Notes under the pieces: model-generated
What the model was told of the DNA's origin: nothing
What the model saw: only the letters and a program-made list of their open reading frames with translations
Databases searched by the model: none
Translations under genes and position numbers: made by a program
Part shown: one piece after another, positions 1-9,012 of the stretch
Layout of the letters: every line of letters begins with the position of its first letter
Position numbering within the stretch: position 1 is the stretch's first letter
IMG/VR virus record: IMGVR_UViG_3300025110_000007
Coordinates: 1 to 64,000 of that record
Length of the DNA: 64,000 nt
Origin: a virus
Reading direction: 5' to 3' (one strand)

Positions 1-90
1 AAGGCATGTTGCTTTCATGCAGTGGATGCTTGAAAACTATGATGAAATAGTAAATGAGTGGGAAGCGAGCGACATAACGGAGGCGAGTGA

Positions 91-384
91 ATGATTGACA
101 CAGACAAATATACAGGACACACACCTGCGCCGTGGAAGACAGGTGGAACTGACATACAGGCTATCAAGGTGTGGACTGTTGATGGTTTTGATGAAGATGA
201 TAATTGGATTTTAGCACCAAGGGCTGACCAACTACTTGCTGTTGACGCACCACTTCTCCTTGAGGAAGTCAAGCGGTTGCGTGAAGAAACCAAGTGGCTT
301 CGTGACCGCCTGTGTCGTGTCATTGGTTATGACTACTGCAAACACGAATACGAGAAGCACTTTGGTAGGGAGATGATTGAATGA
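91..384 (+). CDS. Small phage protein (HTPxPW...DAPLLLEEVKRLR type), paralog of 381..647
   Basis: ORF track; GGAGG upstream; shares MIDTDKY and DAPLLLEEVKRLRE with the next ORF. Confidence 0.7.
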   Translation: MIDTDKYTGHTPAPWKTGGTDIQAIKVWTVDGFDEDDNWILAPRADQLLAVDAPLLLEEVKRLREETKWLRDRLCRVIGYDYCKHEYEKHFGREMIE

Positions 385-564
385 TTGACACAGACAAATA
401 CGAAAAACACTTGATAGACAAAGCAGTAGAGGACAACTCACAGGTTTGGGTTTGGAAGAACTGGATGCTCAAGAATGCTGAAACAATTGAACAACACAAG
501 GCTACTGCCGCACTACTGAACGACGCACCACTTCTCCTTGAAGAAGTCAAGCGGTTGCGTGAAG
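244..564 (+). repeat. 43-bp direct repeat (244-286 and 522-564, 1 mismatch); a 23-bp repeat also at 88-110 and 378-400
   Basis: gacgcaccacttctccttga(g/a)gaagtcaagcggttgcgtgaag twice; tgaatgattgacacagacaaata twice. Confidence 0.9.
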
Positions 565-647
565 CGATTGAGCGTGCTCTTGCTGGTATGGTAGGTATGA
601 AAGTGAATCGTCCTGTGCAAAATATATTGGAGGAGGCGATTAAATGA
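381..647 (+). CDS. Small phage protein, paralog of 91..384
   Basis: ATGA overlaps on both sides; shared peptide blocks with the upstream ORF. Confidence 0.7.
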   Translation: MIDTDKYEKHLIDKAVEDNSQVWVWKNWMLKNAETIEQHKATAALLNDAPLLLEEVKRLREAIERALAGMVGMKVNRPVQNILEEAIK

Positions 648-2650
648 AGGTGACAACACACAAGCACAGTGACAAGTACGGACAGCGGCTGGCACTTGAC
701 TTCCCCTACTCAGCGGATGCCAAAGACCGACTCAAGAGTGAGTTGCCCTTCCCTATGACCAAGTGGGAGTCGTCCATGCGTGCATGGTCAATCAAGAACG
801 AGCCCTCCATCATCAAGCAGGCGGCAGACATCCTCACTTCATTTGGTATGGACTGCTCAGAGATGTACAGTATGGTCGAAGGCGTCACCGTTCGTGACCC
901 CAACAAGGCATGGGTCGAAGCACGAGGCAAGCGACTCATACTACACTGGCCGTGGATTCAGGACAAGATACTGCGTGACGATGTCAGGTTGGCTGTGCGA
1001 GCAGTGACAGGGCGTAAGTGGAACGCTGACAAGAAAGAGTGGAGCATCCCCATCGGTCAAGCGACGACGCTGTACAATCTGATGGAGCCAATCTATTTAC
1101 CACTCGCACAGGCTATCATGGAATGCGATGCTGTGTCAGCAGAAGTTGACGAGAGCATCAACCGTGTGGAGATGAGCGGTGCTGTTGAGTTGAAGCCTGT
1201 CGATGCAGAGGAACTTGACCAGCGACTCAGTGTAGTACTGCCTGCTGGCCTTGAACTCTATCCGTTCCAGAAGGTCGGCGTGGCATTTGCCGAGGCGTCC
1301 CATGGTCGTTGCCTCATCGGTGATGACATGGGTGTGGGCAAGACCATCCAAGCACTTGCCTATGCCGCACTCTATCCCAAGGAGCGACCGCTGGTCATCG
1401 TGTCCCCTGCCAATGTCAAGTACAATTGGAAGAAGGAGGCGACCAAGTGGTTGCCCAACGAGTCAGTGCATGTGGTTGACAGTGGCAAGGCCAGTGCCTT
1501 TGAGCCAGCCGACATCATCATCATCAACTACGACCTGATGAACAAACAACAAGACCGGCTGGCTCAGTTGAGCCCAGCCATTACTGTCTTCGATGAGATT
1601 CACTACCTCAAGAACAGCAAAGCACAGCGTACCGCCGCATCAATCAGAGTCGGACGGCTCAGTCAGAAAGTGATTGGCCTGTCTGGTACAGCGATTTCCA
1701 GCAGACCTGCTGAGTTCTTCAACTCACTCAACCTCCTCAGTTCCTCTCAGTTCCCCAGCGAGTGGGACTTCAAACAAAGGTACTGCGACCCATGGCACAA
1801 CGGCTTCGGCTGGGACTTCAAGGGTGCAAGCAATACCAAAGAACTCAACGAGCGTACTCGTGACATGTGCATCCGTCGGCTCAAGAAGGAAGTGCTGACC
1901 GAACTACCTGACAAGGTACGGCAGTTCATTCCGATTGAACTGTCCAAGTCAGAGCGCAAGGAGTACGACGACAAACAAGACGAGTACTACTACACCATGG
2001 ACTCGCACTACGCACATGAGATTCCATTACCGAAGGGCTTCATGCTCAACATGCTCAGTGACCTGCGCCACATCTGTGGTCGCATGAAGGTACCGAGGGC
2101 TGTCGAGTGGATTGGTTCACGGTACGACTTGACGGATGGCAAACCATTGGTTGTCTTCTGTCACCACAAGGATGTACTGTCAGGCATTGCTGACCAACTC
2201 AGCGCCCTCAAACAGTACACTCACATCAGGCACGACCGCATCGACGGCAGTGTCAGTTCCAAGCGACGGCAGGAGATTGTCGAGTCCTTCCAATCAGGTG
2301 GGCTGGATGTACTGCTGTGCAATACCATCGCCGCCAAGGAAGGCATCACGCTGACTGCGGCAGACACAGTCCTCTTCATTGAACGGGAGTGGGTGCCGAC
2401 TGACGAGGAGCAAGCAGAGGACCGTGTGTATCGGATGGGGCAGGAGAGCCAGTCCGTTCACGCAGTGTACCTTTCAGTTGCCAACTCAATCGACGAACAC
2501 TTCGACCGTGTGATTGAGGGCAAGCGTCAAGTCGTCAAGGCAGTGCTCGACGGTGGCGACATCGAAGAGCGACAGAGTCTTGTCAAGGAGTTAGTCAGCC
2601 GACTCAGGAAACAGAACGGCTGGCAATTTGAAACAGAGGAAGTAATATGA
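644..2650 (+). CDS. SNF2-family (SMARCAL1/HARP-like) helicase
   Basis: LYPFQ, GDDMGVGKT (Walker A), DEIH, LSGT, QAEDRVYRMGQ (motif VI); two N-terminal HARP-like segments (KWESSMRAWSI, KWNADKKEWSI). Confidence 0.9.
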   Translation: MKVTTHKHSDKYGQRLALDFPYSADAKDRLKSELPFPMTKWESSMRAWSIKNEPSIIKQAADILTSFGMDCSEMYSMVEGVTVRDPNKAWVEARGKRLILHWPWIQDKILRDDVRLAVRAVTGRKWNADKKEWSIPIGQATTLYNLMEPIYLPLAQAIMECDAVSAEVDESINRVEMSGAVELKPVDAEELDQRLSVVLPAGLELYPFQKVGVAFAEASHGRCLIGDDMGVGKTIQALAYAALYPKERPLVIVSPANVKYNWKKEATKWLPNESVHVVDSGKASAFEPADIIIINYDLMNKQQDRLAQLSPAITVFDEIHYLKNSKAQRTAASIRVGRLSQKVIGLSGTAISSRPAEFFNSLNLLSSSQFPSEWDFKQRYCDPWHNGFGWDFKGASNTKELNERTRDMCIRRLKKEVLTELPDKVRQFIPIELSKSERKEYDDKQDEYYYTMDSHYAHEIPLPKGFMLNMLSDLRHICGRMKVPRAVEWIGSRYDLTDGKPLVVFCHHKDVLSGIADQLSALKQYTHIRHDRIDGSVSSKRRQEIVESFQSGGLDVLLCNTIAAKEGITLTAADTVLFIEREWVPTDEEQAEDRVYRMGQESQSVHAVYLSVANSIDEHFDRVIEGKRQVVKAVLDGGDIEERQSLVKELVSRLRKQNGWQFETEEVI

Positions 2651-2769
2651 AAAACGCAAAGAGAACAGCAGAGATACCAGCAGAAGAACGAAACAAGTGG
2701 GGCTACCCGAACGACGACTGGTCGTTCGCAGGCTACACAGAAGGAACCGCATGGTGGGTGAAAGAATGA
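2647..2769 (+). CDS. 40-aa microprotein (MKNAKRT...WWVKE)
   Basis: Read manually; ATGA overlaps at both ends. Confidence 0.55.
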   Translation: MKNAKRTAEIPAEERNKWGYPNDDWSFAGYTEGTAWWVKE

Positions 2770-3023
2770 GGATAGCCCCGTTGAAATGGACATTACTTTG
2801 CTTAGAGAAGGAAAAGGAAATAGAGAACTGGGAAAATGGTTGGTACAAATTTTCTGTTATCAATCACGCCATCGAGTTCAATGTACAAGGAATACAAGAG
2901 GCAACTGCTCAACAAATCGTACGCTCTTTGAATGGTGCGATGGTACACCAACGCAGTGAGTTCCTTTGGGGTCTTGCGAACATGCACAATCAAGGCACAC
3001 TTTACGGAGGCGATGAAGAATGA
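2766..3023 (+). CDS. Hypothetical protein (start MRIAPL)
   Basis: Part of ORF 2697..3023; ATGA coupling to the upstream microgene. Confidence 0.6.
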   Translation: MRIAPLKWTLLCLEKEKEIENWENGWYKFSVINHAIEFNVQGIQEATAQQIVRSLNGAMVHQRSEFLWGLANMHNQGTLYGGDEE

Positions 3024-3241
3024 GTGCTACACTAAGTGGTATGACGGACCTCGCCGCTACTATTGCGGGATTGCGAGTCGGCAGTGAAATGAGCAGACCG
3101 CTCATTGAAGAAATGTGTGGCGATTGTGGCGTCGATACTGTTGTTGCATTCCTTGTATTTTGTGAACGGAATAACGGTTGGGACTGTACCCTTCAAATTG
3201 CATGGGCCAACGAAACACGACCGGAAGGTGAAGAAGAATGA
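3020..3241 (+). CDS. Hypothetical protein with CxxC
   Basis: ORF track; ATGA overlap. Confidence 0.6.
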   Translation: MSATLSGMTDLAATIAGLRVGSEMSRPLIEEMCGDCGVDTVVAFLVFCERNNGWDCTLQIAWANETRPEGEEE

Positions 3242-3402
3242 AAGGAATGATAACAGAAATACAGATGAGAGCATACACTGAATGGGTACGCAGTACCATG
3301 AAGGATGTGTACGAATGCCAAGACATGTCGGTCGATGACTTCCGTGAGTATGTGCGGGGCCAACTTGACTGGTGGTTGGAAGCAGAAGAGGTGGGACAAT
3401 GA
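3238..3402 (+). CDS. 54-aa microprotein (MKGMITE...AEEVGQ)
   Basis: Read manually; GGTGA SD; ATGA overlaps. Confidence 0.55.
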   Translation: MKGMITEIQMRAYTEWVRSTMKDVYECQDMSVDDFREYVRGQLDWWLEAEEVGQ

Positions 3403-3503
3403 AGCACAAAATAAAATGGATTCACGATTTGACAGATGAAGAATTGGAGATATTGGTTGAAGAGTGGGAAGGGTACTTCCGAGCAGAAGAGGTGGAAGCA
3501 TGA
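3399..3503 (+). CDS. 34-aa microprotein (MKHKIKW...AEEVEA)
   Basis: Read manually; GAGGTG SD; ATGA overlaps. Confidence 0.55.
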   Translation: MKHKIKWIHDLTDEELEILVEEWEGYFRAEEVEA

Positions 3504-3679
3504 ATAACGAAGAATTGATAGGAAAGATAGAAGAGAAAGTAAGAGAGTTGCATCACAAGTCGAATGCAGAAGGCATCAGTACTGGCCAAGCGCATTGGTT
3601 CGATGGGTGCCTTTCTGCCTACGAATGGGTGCTCAATGAACTTGGTCGGAGCACAGACAACATGGAGGTGGACGCATGA
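3500..3679 (+). CDS. Hypothetical protein (MNNEELIGK...EVDA)
   Basis: GAGGTG SD; ATGA overlap. Confidence 0.65.
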   Translation: MNNEELIGKIEEKVRELHHKSNAEGISTGQAHWFDGCLSAYEWVLNELGRSTDNMEVDA

Positions 3680-3864
3680 GAGTCACATGCTACGGAAGCA
3701 ACCGAACTTGGAAAGCACCGAAGTGCGGCATCTGTCCGAGTTGCCGTCACGCCCGATTGCACGACATCGCAGACAGACTGAGTGACCTTGGACAACCCGA
3801 CCTTGCTCACAGCATCGCCATGACCGGCGCACTACTCACACGACTACCGGAGGTGGGCGCATGA
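3676..3864 (+). CDS. Small Cys-rich protein (CGICPSC)
   Basis: GGAGGTG SD; ATGA overlap. Confidence 0.65.
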   Translation: MRVTCYGSNRTWKAPKCGICPSCRHARLHDIADRLSDLGQPDLAHSIAMTGALLTRLPEVGA

Positions 3865-4187
3865 GCGTGTACATCCAACTGAACAAAACGAAGAAGCGAG
3901 TCAACGAACTGGAGCAGGAACTTGACCTTGCCCAGCGACAACTGTGGGCACTGCGAGGAGCAGTGCTTGGTTCTTGGAAAGAGGCTGTTCGATGCGGTGC
4001 ACCGTGGCATAAGGAACTGCGTCACCCGATGGTGGATATGGGGTATCTCTTACACGAAGACTACCACTACTCAATCAATCCTGAATGGGAAGCCCACGCT
4101 ATGCAGTGGCTACGGAAATCGTACGACATGGACTTTGGCGAAGACGCTGAGGAACACTGGCAAGATACTTGGGGTGATGAAGAATGA
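3861..4187 (+). CDS. Hypothetical protein with N-terminal coiled coil
   Basis: ORF track; GGAGGTG SD. Confidence 0.7.
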   Translation: MSVYIQLNKTKKRVNELEQELDLAQRQLWALRGAVLGSWKEAVRCGAPWHKELRHPMVDMGYLLHEDYHYSINPEWEAHAMQWLRKSYDMDFGEDAEEHWQDTWGDEE

Positions 4188-4501
4188 GCATGCGCAAGAC
4201 ACAGATGGACCACATCCTAAGCAGGCTAAGATGGAGCATGCTTGAGAACAACAACGAATGGGTTTCTGCCAGTGAAATGATGTGGTTGTTGAAGGAGCAC
4301 ACAAAACCCCAAACCAATGCGTTGTACAGAGAGGCTTGTAGCAACAACAAGATACCAGTGCCCACATTCCGGTACCTCAACAACCAGAACCAGTTAGCAC
4401 ACAATGTTATCAGGTCAGGGGAATACGAAGTGATTAAGTCCCGAGTCATCCCTAATAGTCCGACAGTCAACATGTACCGACTCAAGGAGGTGACGGCATG
4501 A
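4184..4501 (+). CDS. Hypothetical protein ending in EVTA (possible winged helix)
   Basis: ORF track; ends in the GGAGGTGACGGCATGA junction. Confidence 0.65.
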   Translation: MSMRKTQMDHILSRLRWSMLENNNEWVSASEMMWLLKEHTKPQTNALYREACSNNKIPVPTFRYLNNQNQLAHNVIRSGEYEVIKSRVIPNSPTVNMYRLKEVTA

Positions 4502-4635
4502 AGGGCACTGTGGACATTTGTAGTACATACAATTGTAATACACAGAGCATGCCAATGCACCCCTCTGGCCTGTGCCATGCGTGTTATCAAGAAATAAAGC
4601 AGGCCGCCAGAGATGGCACAGAGTACATTCCATAG
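4498..4635 (+). CDS. 45-aa Cys-rich microprotein (MKGTVDIC...EYIP)
   Basis: Read manually; starts in the 16-bp junction; CHAC motif. Confidence 0.55.
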   Translation: MKGTVDICSTYNCNTQSMPMHPSGLCHACYQEIKQAARDGTEYIP

Positions 4636-4705
4636 GGCGACCGAGCCCTGAAAAAAACGGTAGGGGAGCCTGTTTGACCTCCTCTCATCCAAATCAGGCA
4701 GACAA

Positions 4706-4713
4706 TTTAAATA
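4706..4713 (+). promoter_or_regulatory. Putative archaeal TATA box (TTTAAATA)
   Basis: In one of the few intergenic gaps, about 25-30 bp before ATG 4731/4737. Confidence 0.5.
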
Positions 4714-4730
4714 GAAGATAGGTGACCAAT

Positions 4731-6311
4731 ATGACTATGGCGACAACTGTAATAGGCAAAATAACCGAAACAACAACCGAGACAATGACGATGGAGTACC
4801 CATCGTTGGCTGGTGTGAAAACACTAAAGATTGAACGACAAGACCTTGAACGATTCGAGGCACTGGATGATGGCAGAGTAGCAGTACAAGTATCGGGACA
4901 CACAGAGTCCCTGCTGTACGGCTCAGACGCACCATTCATAGTGACAGAGCAGGACATTTCAATTGTCACTGCGATGGAACACAACGAACCCACATCGTGG
5001 TGGACAACCAACGGAGAAGTGAAACAAATGAACGAAAACATAGATGAAGATGAATACAACGATGAAGTACCGCATTTCGGTACACAAGAAGGACGACTGG
5101 TGATGGAAATCACAGCGGACGGAGAGATGGTGGTCAACGATGTTGGCCCGTTCGACGATGCGCTGTACTCTGGCAACCGACGAAACAAAGCAACGGCTGA
5201 TTGGGATTTCATTCCATCAGAGAAGATGGGCTTTGTTCTCTTTGAAGACGAGCGCAGTGGACAAACCTCGGCCGCCAAGATTACTGATGGCGACGGCAAG
5301 GCAATTGTCAAGCATGTCTTCAATCCGAACTACAAGTCTGAGAAGCGACCGCTTGGTGCTCACCTTGGGATGTTCAGTCCCAATTACTACGCACTGCCCT
5401 ATGCCAAGGGCTTCGCTCCAATCCTTGCACAAGCCGCTGAGAACGGATGGCCTGCCAAGGTCTTCGCATTCGATGAGGGCAAGGTAGCCCGCCTCGACTG
5501 TGATGTCAGTTCCAGTGTTGACTGGGATGCGGCCAAGGAATCAGTCCTCGGCAAGCGATGGCGTGACATGGGCTTTGTCAAACAAGGCGACTACCGTGTT
5601 GGCTTCTCGATTCACAACAGCCTCGATGGCAGTTCGTCCTTCAAGGTCAACGCCATTGCAATGCGATTGGCCTGCTCCAACGGCATGGTCCTCGGCAAGC
5701 AACAGACACTGCTCAAGTTGCGACACACCAGAGGCGTCATGGAGTCCTACGATTTCAGCGCCCTTGCTGACAAAATCAACGAGGTCATGATGGAAGCGGC
5801 CCGTGAGATTATCGAGGTCGAAGCAATGCGCAACATCACAGTCAACGATGACATCTTTGAGAAAATCATGACCCTGTCTGAGAAGGCGGGCTTGATTACC
5901 AAACCAACTGTGCACCGCAACGATGTGGGTGAAGTCACCCACCTCAGCCGTGGTCACATGTGGCGCATGATGGGACAAGGTTGGACCAACCCTGCTCAAG
6001 ACTGGGTCCGTGTATTGCCTGATGACCAGAAGACATTGTACCAAGTGTACAACATTCTCACTGGTGCAATCACACACAAGCCTGCTTACCAAGACCACGA
6101 GCAGTACCGCAACAAAGCATTGGAAGGCAAGACCCTTGGGTTCAATGCTATGGACAAGAAGTTGCGTGACACACACACCATGCTCCGAGGCATCAGTGAC
6201 AAAGTCGTCGCCGCCATCGGTGGAGACTCACAAGCACTCGCACAAGAAAGTGAGCAAGTACTTACACAGCAACTTGCAAGCGTACCATTCTTTGCGGAGG
6301 TAATTTATTGA
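4731..6311 (+). CDS. DUF932/DUF945-like protein with N-terminal extension
   Basis: NSLDGSSSFKVNAIAMRLACSNGM matches the NSxDG...RxxCxNG signature; start uncertain (4722/4731/4737). Confidence 0.7.
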   Translation: MTMATTVIGKITETTTETMTMEYPSLAGVKTLKIERQDLERFEALDDGRVAVQVSGHTESLLYGSDAPFIVTEQDISIVTAMEHNEPTSWWTTNGEVKQMNENIDEDEYNDEVPHFGTQEGRLVMEITADGEMVVNDVGPFDDALYSGNRRNKATADWDFIPSEKMGFVLFEDERSGQTSAAKITDGDGKAIVKHVFNPNYKSEKRPLGAHLGMFSPNYYALPYAKGFAPILAQAAENGWPAKVFAFDEGKVARLDCDVSSSVDWDAAKESVLGKRWRDMGFVKQGDYRVGFSIHNSLDGSSSFKVNAIAMRLACSNGMVLGKQQTLLKLRHTRGVMESYDFSALADKINEVMMEAAREIIEVEAMRNITVNDDIFEKIMTLSEKAGLITKPTVHRNDVGEVTHLSRGHMWRMMGQGWTNPAQDWVRVLPDDQKTLYQVYNILTGAITHKPAYQDHEQYRNKALEGKTLGFNAMDKKLRDTHTMLRGISDKVVAAIGGDSQALAQESEQVLTQQLASVPFFAEVIY

Positions 6312-6610
6312 GTGAGATGAGTGCCAAGCAAATCGACGATGACGGCAACTTCGTAGTGGGCGGGAAGAAGTACTCTTTGTTGGGTACTCACCTTCCCGTC
6401 CCTGCGGATGTTTCGATGACAGGCAAGGCCATCACGGAAGAGGTGCTACTTGTAGCCAACCTTGACCTAAGAGCGTGCCCTGCTTGTCGTGAGTCAACTG
6501 AGGGAAAACTCTCAGTCGTACTGGTCACCGAGAATTATCGATTGCATCCATCACGCTGTTGCTGTCAAATGATTTGGCTAACAGAAGTAAGAGAGGAGAG
6601 AGGACAATGA
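6308..6610 (+). CDS. Zn-ribbon-like hypothetical protein
   Basis: CPAC and CCC motifs; GGAGG SD. Confidence 0.65.
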   Translation: MSEMSAKQIDDDGNFVVGGKKYSLLGTHLPVPADVSMTGKAITEEVLLVANLDLRACPACRESTEGKLSVVLVTENYRLHPSRCCCQMIWLTEVREERGQ

Positions 6611-6708
6611 AACAAAGACAGAAGAAAGCACACATGGGCAGATACCGAGCAAAGTTCCGACGAGCGTTGCGTAAGAAAGCACTACGAGAGGCAGGTGAAG
6701 AGGAATGA
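6607..6708 (+). CDS. 33-aa very basic peptide (MKQRQKKAHMGRYRAKFRRALRKKALREAGEEE)
   Basis: Read manually; ATGA overlaps at both ends. Confidence 0.5.
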   Translation: MKQRQKKAHMGRYRAKFRRALRKKALREAGEEE

Positions 6709-6887
6709 AGCGAGTGACCAAGCACATCAAGATGCTTGCCTTCCACATCGTACAGGAAGGTATGGGGCGTGAGTCCGACACACTTCTCGACCTTGCGAAC
6801 TTTGAGTGGGAGATTGAAACGAACCGACCTTACACTATCGAAGACTACCACGATGCTTGTGCATGGATTGACAGGAGGCTGGCTTGA
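6705..6887 (+). CDS. Hypothetical protein
   Basis: ORF track; ATGA overlap. Confidence 0.6.
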   Translation: MKRVTKHIKMLAFHIVQEGMGRESDTLLDLANFEWEIETNRPYTIEDYHDACAWIDRRLA

Positions 6888-7022
6888 ATGATTCCAGAAG
6901 TCGAACAGAAAATATATGACATCATAATGAGTCATGGCATGAAACTTGAGGAAGAAGCGTGGTTTCTATTGATGGGTATGGCTGATGACCTTATGGCACG
7001 CATGTGTGGGGTGTTTGAATGA
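6888..7022 (+). CDS. 44-aa microprotein (MIPEVEQK...GVFE)
   Basis: Read manually; GGAGG SD; fills the gap exactly. Confidence 0.5.
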   Translation: MIPEVEQKIYDIIMSHGMKLEEEAWFLLMGMADDLMARMCGVFE

Positions 7023-7732
7023 CACAGAACGAGCAAGTGTCACAACTGCTGGACGGCCTACAAGAAGGACAGGTCTGGGACCTGACCGGGCAGGGCCTCG
7101 TCTATCTGAAAGGTAAGGACAACACACTCAGCCTGATTGCCACCTTCAATTCATTGGAGTCGGCCAAGGTACATGGAGTAGTCAAAGGCGAAGCAGTCAA
7201 GAAAGGCTGGGTCGTCGACGACTCCTCCCCTATGGTAGTCAACACACAGGAAGAGCAGATGGAGTTCACCATGGGCCTCAAGCAACAGCAACTGGAGAAC
7301 ATGCGCTGTCCGGGCGAGGACTGTGAACTACCATTGGCGGCCTACGAACTCACCGATGTTGACTGGCGTTTCCTTGGCGACAAGGAAGTGCAGGGTGAAG
7401 ACGGCGAGATGATGACCTACGAGGACTGGGGCGTTGAGGCGTCCTGTCCTGCCTGCGACAATACAATTCTCATGCCACCACGGGACTACGAACTCATGGT
7501 AGGTACTGACCAACTTGAAAGGTACCGTGGTAAGAAGCGTACCTATCAGTTGCTACACCCACAGCAGGTGACGGACATCGTCGACTTGCAAGACATTTCT
7601 GCGACCGACTCTGGTCGTTTCAACCGGCTGGTTGTGTTAGGAAGTATCTGTCCAGTAAGCGGCGAACGACTGCCGATTCACATTCGTGGTCGTGTCGCAC
7701 TGTACGAAACAAACGGAGAGGAAGAGGAATGA
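7019..7732 (+). CDS. Zn-binding hypothetical protein
   Basis: 237-aa ORF with CPGEDC and CPAC. Confidence 0.75.
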   Translation: MTQNEQVSQLLDGLQEGQVWDLTGQGLVYLKGKDNTLSLIATFNSLESAKVHGVVKGEAVKKGWVVDDSSPMVVNTQEEQMEFTMGLKQQQLENMRCPGEDCELPLAAYELTDVDWRFLGDKEVQGEDGEMMTYEDWGVEASCPACDNTILMPPRDYELMVGTDQLERYRGKKRTYQLLHPQQVTDIVDLQDISATDSGRFNRLVVLGSICPVSGERLPIHIRGRVALYETNGEEEE

Positions 7733-7854
7733 AAGAAGAAGAATGCGCCATCTGTGCAGAAGACTACCACGACAGTGACCAGTACATCTGTGACGATTGT
7801 CATAGAGAACTTGAAGCACTGCGAGCAGACCAACTTGCATCGAGGTGGGACTGA
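7729..7854 (+). CDS. 41-aa Zn-finger microprotein (CAIC...CDDC)
   Basis: Read manually; ATGA overlap. Confidence 0.55.
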   Translation: MKEEECAICAEDYHDSDQYICDDCHRELEALRADQLASRWD

Positions 7855-8105
7855 TGAAGACAACAATCAAAAAAGGTTCAATGCCATGGGCTAAGGAAGG
7901 CTCCGATGAATACAAACTGTGGCATCAACTACGACTGCTAAAGTCAACCATCATCGAATGGGAAGAAATAATGCAAGAAGTCACCGATTGCGAAGCGGCT
8001 TTCGGGGTGGAATACAAAGTCACAGCAGACATTGAGGATGTGCAAGCGATGATAAAACATGTGACTAAGCAGTACGAACGATTCGGTAAAGTGGTGAGGT
8101 GGTAG
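7854..8105 (+). CDS. Hypothetical protein
   Basis: TGATG overlap; GAGGTG SD. Confidence 0.6.
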   Translation: MKTTIKKGSMPWAKEGSDEYKLWHQLRLLKSTIIEWEEIMQEVTDCEAAFGVEYKVTADIEDVQAMIKHVTKQYERFGKVVRW

Positions 8106-8106
8106 T

Positions 8107-8652
8107 ATGAACATCTTCGTACTTGACACCGACCCTACTGTTGCGGCTCAAATGCACTGCGACAAGCATGTACCTAAGATGTGCGTGGAGGCCGCACAGA
8201 TGATGGCATCAGCCCTGCGCCGACACGGTGCGACTGATGAGCAGATGCCACTGACCAAAGCAGGTAAGCCCTACAAGGGTGGCTACAAGCATCACCCATG
8301 CACAATTTTTGCGGGAGATTCTCGTAATAACTTCAAGTGGCTCGCTCGTCATGCTCAAAGACTACTCCGTGAATACGACCTTCGGTTTGGTAAAACACAC
8401 GCTTGCCATTGGCCTATTCATATCATGTCCACTATGAAAGACATAGTTCCCGAAGGTGGACTCACCCAATTCGCACTGGCTATGCCCGATGAGTACCGCC
8501 CCGAACCAATTGACGGTGAGGTTGTGTACCATGCTTACCCCGAACATGCGGTCAAGGCATACCGAGCCTACTACCATTCCAAGCAGTTCGCCAAGTGGGA
8601 GAAGGGAACACCCGCTCCCGACTGGTGGCAAGGCGTGGAGGTGACGGCATGA
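8107..8652 (+). CDS. Pyrimidine dimer DNA glycosylase-like protein (DenV-related family)
   Basis: MNIFVLD...HCDKHVPKMCVEAAQM, HHPCT, FALAMPDEY, AYRAYY motifs. Confidence 0.75.
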   Translation: MNIFVLDTDPTVAAQMHCDKHVPKMCVEAAQMMASALRRHGATDEQMPLTKAGKPYKGGYKHHPCTIFAGDSRNNFKWLARHAQRLLREYDLRFGKTHACHWPIHIMSTMKDIVPEGGLTQFALAMPDEYRPEPIDGEVVYHAYPEHAVKAYRAYYHSKQFAKWEKGTPAPDWWQGVEVTA

Positions 8653-8777
8653 ATCATGAATACAGAATAAAACGAATTAGAAATATCATCAAGCGATTTG
8701 AAGAAAGTGAACAGTTGATGGGCGACTTCGTGGCCGCTTGGGAACTTATCAAAGAACAAGTGGAGGTGACGGCGTGA
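8649..8777 (+). CDS. Cassette microprotein, 42 aa (MNHEYRIKR...EVTA)
   Basis: Bounded by two junction repeats. Confidence 0.7.
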   Translation: MNHEYRIKRIRNIIKRFEESEQLMGDFVAAWELIKEQVEVTA

Positions 8778-8878
8778 CCGACGCATACCTATTCAGTGAA
8801 TGGCAGTGCGGCAACTGCGGTCGTGGCTTCCCCGACAAGAACGATGCAGAAGAATGTTGTAAGGAGGTGACGGCGTGA
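8774..8878 (+). CDS. Cassette microprotein, 34 aa, Zn-finger-like (CGNC...CC...EVTA)
   Basis: Read manually; bounded by junction repeats. Confidence 0.7.
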   Translation: MTDAYLFSEWQCGNCGRGFPDKNDAEECCKEVTA

Positions 8879-9012
8879 GTGAATACGAAGACTGTGAAGT
8901 ATGCTTCAAGACTTGTTGCGCTAAGACTCAACCACTACATGATGTTCAAGCAGGGCGTATTTGTAGTGAGTGTCATTACCTAAATGAATATGGCGTGGAG
9001 GTGACGGCGTGA
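8875..9012 (+). CDS. Cassette microprotein, 45 aa, CxxC...CxxC (ends EVTA)
   Basis: Read manually; bounded by junction repeats. Confidence 0.7.
   Translation: MSEYEDCEVCFKTCCAKTQPLHDVQAGRICSECHYLNEYGVEVTA

Noticed and set aside
88-647. Diversity-generating retroelement (template/variable repeat pair)
   Set aside because: Only one mismatch in a 43-bp repeat and no reverse transcriptase in the window.
4668-4699. Imperfect inverted repeat gcctgtttg...caaatcaggc upstream of the TATA box
   Set aside because: Short and imperfect; cannot be told from chance without comparative data.
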